This document shows, piece after piece, positions 38,808 through 47,802 of a stretch of 64,000 nt of DNA. The position numbers and the translations under genes were made by a program. Every line of letters begins with the position of its first letter. Position 1 is the first letter of the stretch. The notes beneath the pieces were generated by a model, which was not told the DNA's origin, ran no database searches, and was given only the letters and a program-made list of their open reading frames with translations. The stretch lies in NCBI GenBank assembly GCA_964599455.1, contig CAZREA010000002.1:51810-115809 (forward strand). The letters are read 5' to 3'. This DNA is from an uncultured Gammaproteobacteria bacterium. Lineage in GTDB: Bacteria > Patescibacteriota > Patescibacteriia > UBA9934.

Positions 38808-39287
38808 TTGAACCCCTCTATGTCACCACGCGTACTATCTGCCGCAGTCAAAAACATGTTCGTACTTCTGGAAGAATTGAACGATCTTGACCGCACGCTA
38901 GGTGATCGCGAAATCTTTCTTGAAGACTTACAAGATCCAACCTTGGAACAAGAAAATCTTGAAAAGGCACGTCAAGAAAAGCTCCGAACAATTCAGGAGC
39001 TAAGCGAACTTGTGAAGGGTGAGAGACTCGAAGTACTGAATCGTATGAAAGACGTGCAGCAAGCGCTTCTTGCGCATTGGGATGCTCTCTCTCCCGAAGA
39101 ACGCGGCGAATTTCATCATGAACTTACCCGACAACACGAGGTGGGTAAGTTCGCTTTTCTTGGAGAGAATCCTCTTTCCAGTTTTGCGAGTAAAATTGAG
39201 TTATGGCGCTTTCGTCAACGACGTGAAGCTGAGGAGGAATTAAAACGAGAACCTCCTCTGCGTGGCGCAAGGGAATATGTAAACTAA
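38808..39287 (+). CDS. hypothetical coiled-coil protein
   Basis: 159-aa Glu/Leu-rich ORF. Confidence 0.35.
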   Translation: MNPSMSPRVLSAAVKNMFVLLEELNDLDRTLGDREIFLEDLQDPTLEQENLEKARQEKLRTIQELSELVKGERLEVLNRMKDVQQALLAHWDALSPEERGEFHHELTRQHEVGKFAFLGENPLSSFASKIELWRFRQRREAEEELKREPPLRGAREYVN

Positions 39288-39304
39288 AAATATCTATCGC
39301 AATT

Positions 39305-40603
39305 ATGCCTTCCCTCGCTACGGCTCCCAATCCTTGGCCTTTGCTCATTTGTATCGTCGGTCTTCTGTTCATTGCCGGTATCGCCTTTACGGCCGTATGT
39401 CTTTTGCAATTTATCAAGAGAAATCCTCATCTGAAAAAAATCGTCACCGTCATAACCCTCATCATTGCAATTGGTTTTGTGATCATGTTCGGATTGTCAC
39501 GTATCACAAAGACGAGTCAGGTTGTGGTTGTTGATGCAACCTGCAATATTCCCGGAGCAGATACGTTTACCAGGATTTTTCCAGGAAAGGTATGGATGAA
39601 AGATGTAACGAGTGGTGATATTTTTCCCTTGCGCTTCCCTACTGCAGGACCGGAAGGGAGTCGCATGAAAATTTTTGATCACGATGGAAAGCAAGTTAAT
39701 ACGTGGCACAGCTATACGTTTTGCGATCCCGATGCGCCATTTCCCGAGCAAGTCAAAGATATTTTTGATGCATCGCAACCGATCACCGTTACCTATAATC
39801 GTCTCGGCATTATCCGCTCTTGGCAACTAATCGAAGTAGTATCTCCCGATGCACTCGATGGAGAGATGAGCAATGGTCTTCCGGATTGGGTTGAAGGAAG
39901 TATGTCATTCAATGAATACACCGATCTCACCATCGATCTGAATGGCGATGATCGCAAGGAAAAGGTGACGCTTACTCTACACCCTGCAACGTCCGATGAT
40001 GAAGAATCGACCACTCTGACGATTGATAATCAAACGGTAAAAATTCCTGGAAGAAATCCCCAAGGCTATTTTGGTGTTGTCGATTTTGATACCAACGATC
40101 TCACGAAAGAAATCGCGGTGAGTGATCCTGGTCCAAGCGGCGACTATACGACGACATTTTATCGCTACGATGGTCAACGAATCATCGCGCTCGGAACAAT
40201 TTCTGGACTCTACGAAGCGATGCGTTTTGATGGAGAAGGCAAACTCACCACAAGCACCCGAGCACACATCTTGGATACTTGGTTCTATGACGACGAATAC
40301 GTACTCTCAAACAATGTTCTCGTGCGGCAAGAAAAAGAATTTTATGCACGCGTCAATCATCAGAATCCAGTAACGGTTTTATCATCCATAACCTTGCGTC
40401 TTTCGCCACTTGAAGATCAGACTATTTTCACCGTTGAGCCGGGAGAAGTCGTGATCATCACGGGATGCGATGACATCGAGTGGTGCGCACTCATAAACGA
40501 TAAAGGCATGCAGGGATGGTTTTCACTCAAACAATATGGACTCGTAGGAGAAGATGCGGTTTCAGCAGATACGCTTTTTAATGGCTTGTCGTGGGCGGAT
40601 TAA
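39305..40603 (+). CDS. hypothetical membrane protein with a C-terminal SH3b-like segment
   Basis: Two N-terminal TM helices; the C-terminal CDDIEWCALINDKGMQGWFSLKQYGL is SH3b-like. Confidence 0.4.
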   Translation: MPSLATAPNPWPLLICIVGLLFIAGIAFTAVCLLQFIKRNPHLKKIVTVITLIIAIGFVIMFGLSRITKTSQVVVVDATCNIPGADTFTRIFPGKVWMKDVTSGDIFPLRFPTAGPEGSRMKIFDHDGKQVNTWHSYTFCDPDAPFPEQVKDIFDASQPITVTYNRLGIIRSWQLIEVVSPDALDGEMSNGLPDWVEGSMSFNEYTDLTIDLNGDDRKEKVTLTLHPATSDDEESTTLTIDNQTVKIPGRNPQGYFGVVDFDTNDLTKEIAVSDPGPSGDYTTTFYRYDGQRIIALGTISGLYEAMRFDGEGKLTTSTRAHILDTWFYDDEYVLSNNVLVRQEKEFYARVNHQNPVTVLSSITLRLSPLEDQTIFTVEPGEVVIITGCDDIEWCALINDKGMQGWFSLKQYGLVGEDAVSADTLFNGLSWAD

Positions 40604-41514
40604 CTATGGAGCTTCCCTCTCAGATAAAAAATCTCTATTGCCATTGGGATCATCATACCGGAGGTGTGCATGAGACTCGAGAGAAGAGCTCTATACTCAT
40701 TCCCGACGAGCTCAAATGGTTCATTCATGAACGACTCGACATCTGGAAAAAGAAAACAGATAGCGAAGCGCCGCCGTATACAACCGATCCAATTTTATCC
40801 AAGTATCGTTTTTGTAATATCTTTCGCGAGTTTGATCGACAGACCATTGAGTTTCATACGCTTCTCAATCCTATTCGAGATAACTTTCCGCTCTGGCTTT
40901 TGAACATGTTTTATTGTCGGATGGTGGCACGAACTTCAACCATTAAACAGGTGGGGTTGTTGTCATTTGATGAAAAGATAAACGCGATTCGGTTGCAAAA
41001 ACTGCTCAACTCACCACGACCACGGTTCGGGACCCCGTACGTTTTCCCTATCAGTGTCATTCAAAAGAGTTCAACACCAACACGCGAGCTTTTTATTACT
41101 TCGTACTTGCCAAAAATCATATCTGCAATTGCTAACGAGATTCAAACCTGGAAAAAGATGTCGGTATACGATGGCGTTGCTCGCATCTTGCCCTTATTCG
41201 GATTCAATCTGCATTTCTTGTGGACCGAAGTGCTTATCGACGTCGCTTACCAATATCCGGAACACATTGATCTCTTTGCGCGTTTCCCGGTCGGACCTGG
41301 AGCACTGCCAACATTCCGTAGACTTGCTCCGCATCAAGATCCGAGTCTGCTTGCATCCGAACTCGCTTGCATACCCCTCGACACCAACATTACTATCAAT
41401 GGCAAACCCTTACGATTATCCGCAGAAAATTGGGAAGGTATCGGCTGCGAGTTTCGGAAATATACGAATCTCAAGCAAGGGAAAGGAAGAAAGAGGGTTT
41501 ATCAAAAAGAATAA
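40591..41514 (+). CDS. hypothetical protein
   Basis: 307-aa ORF; family not recognised. Confidence 0.35.
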   Translation: MGGLTMELPSQIKNLYCHWDHHTGGVHETREKSSILIPDELKWFIHERLDIWKKKTDSEAPPYTTDPILSKYRFCNIFREFDRQTIEFHTLLNPIRDNFPLWLLNMFYCRMVARTSTIKQVGLLSFDEKINAIRLQKLLNSPRPRFGTPYVFPISVIQKSSTPTRELFITSYLPKIISAIANEIQTWKKMSVYDGVARILPLFGFNLHFLWTEVLIDVAYQYPEHIDLFARFPVGPGALPTFRRLAPHQDPSLLASELACIPLDTNITINGKPLRLSAENWEGIGCEFRKYTNLKQGKGRKRVYQKE

Positions 41515-41517
41515 TGT

Positions 41518-42195
41518 ATGTCTATAAAAACAAGAAAGATCGGCTTAATCATCTTTGACTGTGATGGGGTGTTGGTAGATAGCGAAAGAATTACCAACGA
41601 AGTGTTTTGTGAAATGCTCAACGAATTAGGCGCATCAGTGGATATACACTATATGTTCGATCATTTTGTTGGGAATTCCATGTCGCAATGTTTGGAAAAG
41701 ATTGAAGCCCTATTAGGCCGCCCTCCTTCCGATAACTTCGTTAATGAATATAAAGAAAGAACGCAAATCGCTCTTTCGGAAAAATTACAGCCCGTGCCTG
41801 GAATCAAATCTGTATTAGAAAGATTATCTATTCCCTTTTGTATTGCTTCAAGTGGAGATCATGAAAAAATTAAATATACACTCAGTCATACGGGACTTTA
41901 TGAAAAATTTATCGGTCATATTTTTAGCGTAACTGATATTGAGAGAAGCAAACCTTATCCGGATGTTTATCTTTTCGCCGCAAAACAAATGGGCTATGCA
42001 CCGGAAGAATGCCTGGTCGTTGAAGATACTCCGCTTGGCGTACAGGCGGGTGTTGCAGCAGGAATGACGGTTTTTGGTTTTTCGAAAGATATGGCTGAGA
42101 ATAAATTGCTGGAGGCGGGAGCGCATCATACATTTCATACGATGAACGATTTCATAAGCGAGATGTGTGACTTTTTTGAAGAAAAAGTCTCCTAA
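41518..42195 (+). CDS. HAD-IA family hydrolase (beta-phosphoglucomutase-like)
   Basis: DxDGV motif (IIFDCDGVLVDSE), S/T motif, K and DD motifs (VVEDTPLGVQAG). Confidence 0.85.
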   Translation: MSIKTRKIGLIIFDCDGVLVDSERITNEVFCEMLNELGASVDIHYMFDHFVGNSMSQCLEKIEALLGRPPSDNFVNEYKERTQIALSEKLQPVPGIKSVLERLSIPFCIASSGDHEKIKYTLSHTGLYEKFIGHIFSVTDIERSKPYPDVYLFAAKQMGYAPEECLVVEDTPLGVQAGVAAGMTVFGFSKDMAENKLLEAGAHHTFHTMNDFISEMCDFFEEKVS

Positions 42196-42255
42196 TGCTA
42201 CAGTGATGTGTGCATATACTTTTCCTCATACTTTTCATGATTTAAACCAACATTT

Positions 42256-43089
42256 ATGCGAATCTCTTCCCTTTTCGCGCTTGGCGCCTTGTTACTCTCG
42301 TTCGCACCAATGCATACAGTCCACGCAGCGGGTTCGGTCGGTGCTGGTGATCTTATTCGTGGTGAAACTTTTTCAGCCGTGTACTACATGGGTGAAGATG
42401 GATTCCGTTACGTATTTCCAAATGAGAAAACCTACAAAACCTGGTACGCTGATGAAGACGGAAATGCGGACTTTTCGAGCGTTACAACCATCTCAGATGC
42501 CGAGCTTGCCAAAATCCAAATCGGCGGCAACGTCACCTATCGTCCTCAATCAAGAATGGTAAAAATTAACACCGATCCAAAAGTCTACACCGTTGCCGAA
42601 GGTGGAGTTTTACGCTGGATAAGTACAGAGATGATCGCTGAAGAGGTGTATGGCTCATCGTGGAATATGAAAATTGATGATGTTCCAGACGGCTTTTTCG
42701 CGAATTACTCAATTGGAGAACCGATTGAAGAAGCGGAAGATATTGGAGAAAAGATTTGTTTCGACAATACTGAGCCATGCGAATATACGATTAGCGATGA
42801 CAAGGGATTAACTGCATACCTCAGCATCTGGATAGATACAGAAGGATATGCGCTGGGTGGTACAAGTTATGACGGTGATACCACGTTTACCATTGATGCC
42901 GGTGAAACTGTTCGATTCTGGAACGTTGATGACGACATGAACCACACGGCTACCGCAGATGATAGCTCATGGGGAACCGGGACACTGGAGTTCGATGAAA
43001 AATTCGTCAAACGCTTCAACGAACCGGGTACTTACGAATTCTATTGCAGCTATCACCCCGAAATGACCGGAACGATCATTGTGGAGTAA
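42256..43089 (+). CDS. secreted protein with a C-terminal cupredoxin (plastocyanin-like blue copper) domain
   Basis: Signal peptide; C-terminal YEFYCSYHPEMTGTIIVE type-1 copper ligand pattern (C..H..M). Confidence 0.7.
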   Translation: MRISSLFALGALLLSFAPMHTVHAAGSVGAGDLIRGETFSAVYYMGEDGFRYVFPNEKTYKTWYADEDGNADFSSVTTISDAELAKIQIGGNVTYRPQSRMVKINTDPKVYTVAEGGVLRWISTEMIAEEVYGSSWNMKIDDVPDGFFANYSIGEPIEEAEDIGEKICFDNTEPCEYTISDDKGLTAYLSIWIDTEGYALGGTSYDGDTTFTIDAGETVRFWNVDDDMNHTATADDSSWGTGTLEFDEKFVKRFNEPGTYEFYCSYHPEMTGTIIVE

Positions 43090-43175
43090 AAAATGCAAAA
43101 GCGATCCTTCGATGGATCGCTTTTGCGTTCATTGACAATTAACTCCTTTTTTCATTACCATACCTGAGCAATTTT

Positions 43176-43265
43176 GGAGAGGTGGCCGAGTGGTCGAAGG
43201 CACCACATTGCTAACGTGGCAAGGGGTAAAACCCTTCGGAGGTTCGAATCCTCTCCTCTCCGCCA
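43176..43265 (+). tRNA. tRNA-Ser (anticodon GCU), class II, CCA encoded
   Basis: Acceptor ggagagg/cctctcc; anticodon loop tTGCTAa; long variable arm; T-arm ggagg-TTCGAAT-cctct. Confidence 0.8.
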
Positions 43266-43312
43266 TCCCCGGTCGCCCTTCCTCACGTCAGGGCTATGGG
43301 GGATGTCTTTCT

Positions 43313-43687
43313 ATGAACCACCAAGAAGCAGAACAACTTATTCGCATATATGGCGAAGCGTGGATGGAACGTGATGTAGAAAAAATTCTCCACGTTTTTA
43401 CTTCAGACGCCACGTATTTTGATCCGCGCGAAGGTACGCAGGTTGGCCATGAGGGCATTCGCAACTACTGGAATTTTAAAGTTCTAAATAATCAGAAAGA
43501 TATACATTTCACCCTTCTTCATATTTGGATTGATGGCGATACCGTTATCGCGGAATGGAATGCCACTTTTATCGACATTTCCCGCTCGCTGCATATCGAC
43601 ATGACTGAAGTTGCCATTTTTGGCGTGCGTGATAATAAATTCTCTTCCCTTCGCGAATACTATACAAATATAAAAACACCTCTTTAA
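43313..43687 (+). CDS. SnoaL/NTF2-like domain protein
   Basis: The ATG at 43313 lies downstream of the tRNA (the ORF track start at 43190 overlaps the tRNA); EAWMERDVEKILHVFTSDATYFDP pattern typical of SnoaL-like proteins. Confidence 0.5.
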   Translation: MNHQEAEQLIRIYGEAWMERDVEKILHVFTSDATYFDPREGTQVGHEGIRNYWNFKVLNNQKDIHFTLLHIWIDGDTVIAEWNATFIDISRSLHIDMTEVAIFGVRDNKFSSLREYYTNIKTPL

Positions 43688-43764
43688 ACAGAAGTCGAGC
43701 TAAGAAAAAATAAGACCAAAAAACGGCCCTGAAAGAGGACCGTTTTTTTGACTGTGTGGTAAGG

Positions 43765-44784
43765 TTATCGTTTTGGTTCCGCGTAGATAATCATATATGT
43801 TCCGTCTTCCGTAACCGTAATTCCTGGATCGCCTCCGCCTTGAATATTCGTGGCAACGGGATCGGTCCATACTTTACCATCCGTCGTACTGCTGTAGCCG
43901 ATATAGCCATTATAGCTTCCATAAAAACGAATGGTACCGTCATCATTGACCATATTTCCTACCCAATACATTTCTGATGATCGGTTACTTGTCACCTCGG
44001 TAAAGTTTTTTCCGTCGGTGGAGATCGCGTCGAACGCCTTGCCGTTTTCTTTGGCACGAGCCGCAAGCATATACCAAGTATCACCTACCCGTACTTCTGA
44101 TCCATCAACCACACTTGATTGTGTAGAGATGAAACGTTTTCCTTCTTCATAAACATAATTGATACCATCATCAGAAATGGCGGAGCCGTAGTAAAACGTT
44201 TTCCCCATACCCAACTCGTGTGTCGTAAAGAAGAGACGATATTTTCCATCGGCCGTGGTGGTGATTGTGGGATCGTAGGGAGATTGAATGCTGGGAAAAT
44301 CTTTAATGTGGATAGGTTCGATTGCCGATGCGACTCCGTCTTTGATAATCCGCGCCGCAACCTGTCCATAACATTCACCGCTGTCTTCACCAAACCACTG
44401 AAAAACAGCAACTGTCGTTCCATCTGCTGCAGTTGTGACGCTCGGAACACCTCCACCTTCAACAAAAACCTCAGGAGAACCGAATGTTTTTCCATCGGCA
44501 CTCGTTGCTTTATAGAGCGTTATTTCTGACCATGTAAGATCTTCACCTTGTGGTTTAAATGTTTGGAGATTTTGGTTACATGTTGGCCATTCGTCAGAAG
44601 TATCTTTTGTATCCTTTTCATCATCTGGAGTTTTTGCCACTTTTTGTGCATCATCGGTTGTCGCATTGATACTTGCAACCTCTGATTCTTGGTCGCTAAA
44701 GTATTTATATCCTTGCACGGACGCTACGCTTGCTGTTCCTGCAAAAGCAAGAATAAGCAGAGGGGTAAGATACTTTGTATTCAT
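43765..44784 (-). CDS. secreted beta-propeller protein (GH43/GH32/BNR-like fold)
   Basis: Signal peptide; repeated Asp-Gly-Thr/Trp beta-propeller blades; precise family uncertain. Confidence 0.45.
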   Translation of the reverse strand: MNTKYLTPLLILAFAGTASVASVQGYKYFSDQESEVASINATTDDAQKVAKTPDDEKDTKDTSDEWPTCNQNLQTFKPQGEDLTWSEITLYKATSADGKTFGSPEVFVEGGGVPSVTTAADGTTVAVFQWFGEDSGECYGQVAARIIKDGVASAIEPIHIKDFPSIQSPYDPTITTTADGKYRLFFTTHELGMGKTFYYGSAISDDGINYVYEEGKRFISTQSSVVDGSEVRVGDTWYMLAARAKENGKAFDAISTDGKNFTEVTSNRSSEMYWVGNMVNDDGTIRFYGSYNGYIGYSSTTDGKVWTDPVATNIQGGGDPGITVTEDGTYMIIYAEPKR

Positions 44785-44831
44785 AGAATACATCCAGTAT
44801 AACATTATTTTCATCATCCATACCATCGGGA

Positions 44832-45380
44832 TTGAAACATGTTATACTTTCTTCAGCTATGGAGGCAGTTGATCAACAAGGAATTCCTCAGGATCCCGAT
44901 GCCATTGATGCGGGTGATATTTTGTTATGGTGGAAAAGCTGGGAATATCCGCCCGTTGAACGGCCGACCAAGTGGTATGCCGTTGCTGCGGGTATTGGCT
45001 TGGGGTGTTTACTTTATGCCATGATGACGGCGAATTTTGTATTTGCACTCATTGTTATTATGTTTGCCGCCATTGTCATGGTTCGCGACATGCGTAAACC
45101 TCAAAAAACCACAACCTATATTACAAGTGAGGGAGTCGTCTTTAATGAGCAACTCTATCGATTTAAAGATATTCAGGATTTTTCCATTGTCTACGAACCA
45201 CCGGAAGTAAAAAATCTCTATCTTTCTTTTAACCGCGCCTTTCGTCCTGTGCTTTCCATTCCCTTAGAAGAAGCCAATCCTAACATCGTTCGCGCTTCCC
45301 TTTTACCGTTTATCTACGAGAATCTTGCACGCGAAAGCGAAAGCTTGACGGATACCCTCCGCCGCGTGTATAAATTGTAG
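44832..45380 (+). CDS. hypothetical membrane protein
   Basis: 182 aa; two central TM helices. Confidence 0.4.
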   Translation: MKHVILSSAMEAVDQQGIPQDPDAIDAGDILLWWKSWEYPPVERPTKWYAVAAGIGLGCLLYAMMTANFVFALIVIMFAAIVMVRDMRKPQKTTTYITSEGVVFNEQLYRFKDIQDFSIVYEPPEVKNLYLSFNRAFRPVLSIPLEEANPNIVRASLLPFIYENLARESESLTDTLRRVYKL

Positions 45381-45438
45381 CGTTGTTTGGCCATTTTCTT
45401 CGTTTTTAGAGAAAGAAAATGGCGAGCGAAACGTTGTC

Positions 45439-45538
45439 ATTTGGAGATAGTTTTTGTCCGAAGAGCGAGGACCGGCGAGGCGTACTACCCATGTACGGTG
45501 AGCCGGCCGCAGCGATGAGGGCAAAAAATAGCCCAAAT
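45439..45538 (+). ncRNA. candidate structured small RNA/leader element, copy A (paralog at 62255-62356)
   Basis: About 100 nt, ~90% identical to copy B. Differences fall in hairpin loops or as compensatory pairs (ccgGc/gCcgg versus ccgAc/gTcgg). Hairpins gtcc-loop-ggac, cgtac-loop-gtacg and gggc-aaaaaata-gccc. Lies 17 nt upstream of tRNA-Arg. Strand assumed. Confidence 0.45.
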
Positions 45539-45555
45539 GCCGACGTTTCGATAAT

Positions 45556-45632
45556 GCGCTCGTAGCTCAGTTGGATAGAGCATCAGCTTGCGGAGCTGAG
45601 GGTCGCACGTTCGAGTCGTGCCGAGCGCACCA
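45556..45632 (+). tRNA. tRNA-Arg, anticodon read as GCG, CCA encoded
   Basis: Acceptor gcgctcg/cgagcgc; D-loop with A20; anticodon stem tcagc/gctga with loop tTGCGGa; T-arm gcacg-TTCGAGT-cgtgc; discriminator A. Confidence 0.75.
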
Positions 45633-45719
45633 GCTCTCTTGATTGTACATAGGTAGAATCCAGGGAAAGAAAAAAGACTCCTGTTCGGGGGTCTTTTTGT
45701 TTGTCGCCACTTTCAGAGA

Positions 45720-46223
45720 TCAAATCATCTCGGTCATTTTAATCTTTTCGACGAGTGCTTCAGCTTCGAGGCGTACCTTAAAAGCATCCCTTATCCCAGC
45801 ATCATAAGTGGTGTGATGCGGGCGAACGACTTTTTCGAAAGAGACGCCTTGTTTCTCCAAGGTGCCAGCAAGTTCCTCTACCGACGTCTGGGTGGGATAG
45901 ATTTCAATATGGTCAAATCCGGAAATCTGACTCCCATCAGGTTTTTGATCGGCAAGTTCAAGATGCGTGATGTCTCCGAGTACAGTTGCTAAGACATGAG
46001 GAAAACGAATAATCGCAATTCGACGTGCCGAGATAATGGATTGATAGACAAAAACGCTCTCTTTCTCAAATAGCGCACGAATGTGCTCGAATTCTGCCGC
46101 ATCGCCACATTTATAACACAGATGATCGGCGTGGGCAGCGGGATGATGCGTCGTGGCCCAGGCATTGAATGCTGCGAGAAAGGGTTCAGCGTCGCGGAAA
46201 AATGTTTGCAAATTGGGATACAT
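45720..46223 (-). CDS. hypothetical protein (possibly a VOC/YecM-like metalloprotein fold)
   Basis: 167-aa ORF; weak resemblance only. Confidence 0.35.
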   Translation of the reverse strand: MYPNLQTFFRDAEPFLAAFNAWATTHHPAAHADHLCYKCGDAAEFEHIRALFEKESVFVYQSIISARRIAIIRFPHVLATVLGDITHLELADQKPDGSQISGFDHIEIYPTQTSVEELAGTLEKQGVSFEKVVRPHHTTYDAGIRDAFKVRLEAEALVEKIKMTEMI

Positions 46224-46289
46224 ATTGATGCGATATTTTATGTATGTTCGTTTCGGGCGAGAATGGGGTTTGGCAACGCCAAACCTCTA

Positions 46290-46979
46290 CTAGAACGCGT
46301 CACCGGTTTCGATGCTATCCCAGGTTTTTCCATCAACGGGTGCGGTCTTTTTGCCGCTAAATAACGGGTGTAGGGCAGCAGTTCCATGCCGACTGACCGC
46401 GATGAGATGCTTTTTACTACCATAAACCGCGGCAAAAGAGCCTGATTGCGGGAGATCTTTTTCCGCTAACCAAATGACAGTGTTTTCATAGGTTGCATCC
46501 ATATATTTTTGCAGTTCTCCAGAAAGCTTGTCGATGATGGGATAGGATTCAGCTTTACTGTTGCTTTGCCAATTCCAATGTCCGCCATCCCAAGCAACAT
46601 AGCCTGTTTTTTTGGCATCAGCCGTGGCTACAATTTTACTGCCTTGATATTTCGCATAGGCAAGATCATTAAACAAGCCGTATTTGTTCATCGTCGATTT
46701 TATGCGATTAATGTAGTCCCAATCTGCGGCGCAATCAACCGCCGTGCCACGTCGATGATTGGAATAGAGTGTTTTCGACGAACCTTTCGCAACAAGTTCT
46801 TTTTGCAACGTCAACGATCGCCAACTACCCGCTTTCTCCGTCGACAGCACAAAGCCAAAAAGTCCTTCGTACGAAATATTTTGAGCAACAAGATCTTCAT
46901 GTGCCTTAATGAGTGCTTCAAGCACAGCTGGCAAGGCAATAATTTTACGTTCGTTGAGAACGATATATTGAAGAGACAT
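46290..46979 (-). CDS. M15 family peptidase (VanY / D-Ala-D-Ala carboxypeptidase-like)
   Basis: SWRSLTLQKELVAKG, SNHRRGTAVDC and GHWNWQ correspond to the M15 zinc-ligand motifs. Confidence 0.65.
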   Translation of the reverse strand: MSLQYIVLNERKIIALPAVLEALIKAHEDLVAQNISYEGLFGFVLSTEKAGSWRSLTLQKELVAKGSSKTLYSNHRRGTAVDCAADWDYINRIKSTMNKYGLFNDLAYAKYQGSKIVATADAKKTGYVAWDGGHWNWQSNSKAESYPIIDKLSGELQKYMDATYENTVIWLAEKDLPQSGSFAAVYGSKKHLIAVSRHGTAALHPLFSGKKTAPVDGKTWDSIETGDAF

Positions 46980-46985
46980 ATATCT

Positions 46986-47798
46986 TTACCGAGACTTTTT
47001 TGCGAAAGAAAAAAGCACACTTCCTATATACAATCCCAACGCAACTAACACAATGGTCGCTCCTGCCGCCAAATCAGCCACAAACGATAACCACAGCCCC
47101 ACCATAATCGCAATCACCGCATTGATAACTGCAATACCTAATGTCGCTACAAATCCTTTTCCCCAGCGCTCGGCAGCTAATACGGGAATAACCATGAGCG
47201 CACTTACCAAAAGTGCACCAACGACACGCATGCCCACAGCTACAACAACCGCAGCGAGAGCCGCAAAAAGCATCTCGTAGATAACCACCGGAATACCCTG
47301 CGCTTTTGCCAAACGATCATCAAAAGTAATAAGAAAGAATTCTTTATAAAAGAGAAAAATGATCAGGAGTGCAACAAAACCAATGCCATACATCACCGCG
47401 ACATCCATCCACGTTACTGCAGTGATACTGCCAAAAAGATACGAGAGAAGCTGCGTATTAAATTTCTTCACGAGCCCCATAACCACCACCGCAATCGCCA
47501 AACTTCCCGATAACACCAATGCCAGGGCTGCATCACCGGACAATTGACCCTTGCTGCGCAAACGCTCCATCACAAGCGCCGCCATCACGGCACTCATCAT
47601 CGCTGCCCACAACGACGACATGCCAAAGACAAATCCCAAGGCTACTCCGGCCAATGAGGCGTGCGCCAAGGTGTCGGCGAAAAACGATTGCCGTCGCGCC
47701 ACAAAAAAAGTGCCGACCGTGGGCGCCAACAAACCCACCGCCAGCCCTGCCAACAACGCACGCTGCAAAAAGGCAAAAGTAAATAAAGCTTCAACCAT
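46986..47798 (-). CDS. znuB: metal ABC transporter permease (ZnuB/TroC-like)
   Basis: 8-TM ABC-3 family pattern; conserved FxxD and VGxxL motifs. Confidence 0.8.
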   Translation of the reverse strand: MVEALFTFAFLQRALLAGLAVGLLAPTVGTFFVARRQSFFADTLAHASLAGVALGFVFGMSSLWAAMMSAVMAALVMERLRSKGQLSGDAALALVLSGSLAIAVVVMGLVKKFNTQLLSYLFGSITAVTWMDVAVMYGIGFVALLIIFLFYKEFFLITFDDRLAKAQGIPVVIYEMLFAALAAVVVAVGMRVVGALLVSALMVIPVLAAERWGKGFVATLGIAVINAVIAIMVGLWLSFVADLAAGATIVLVALGLYIGSVLFSFAKKSR

Positions 47799-47802
47799 AG
47801 AA

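Noticed and set aside
40591-41514. Possible DNA-hypermodification enzyme (aGPT-Pplase-like) call for the 307-aa ORF
   Set aside because: This rested only on a vague recollection of motif similarity, with no supporting motif I can state, so it is left as hypothetical.
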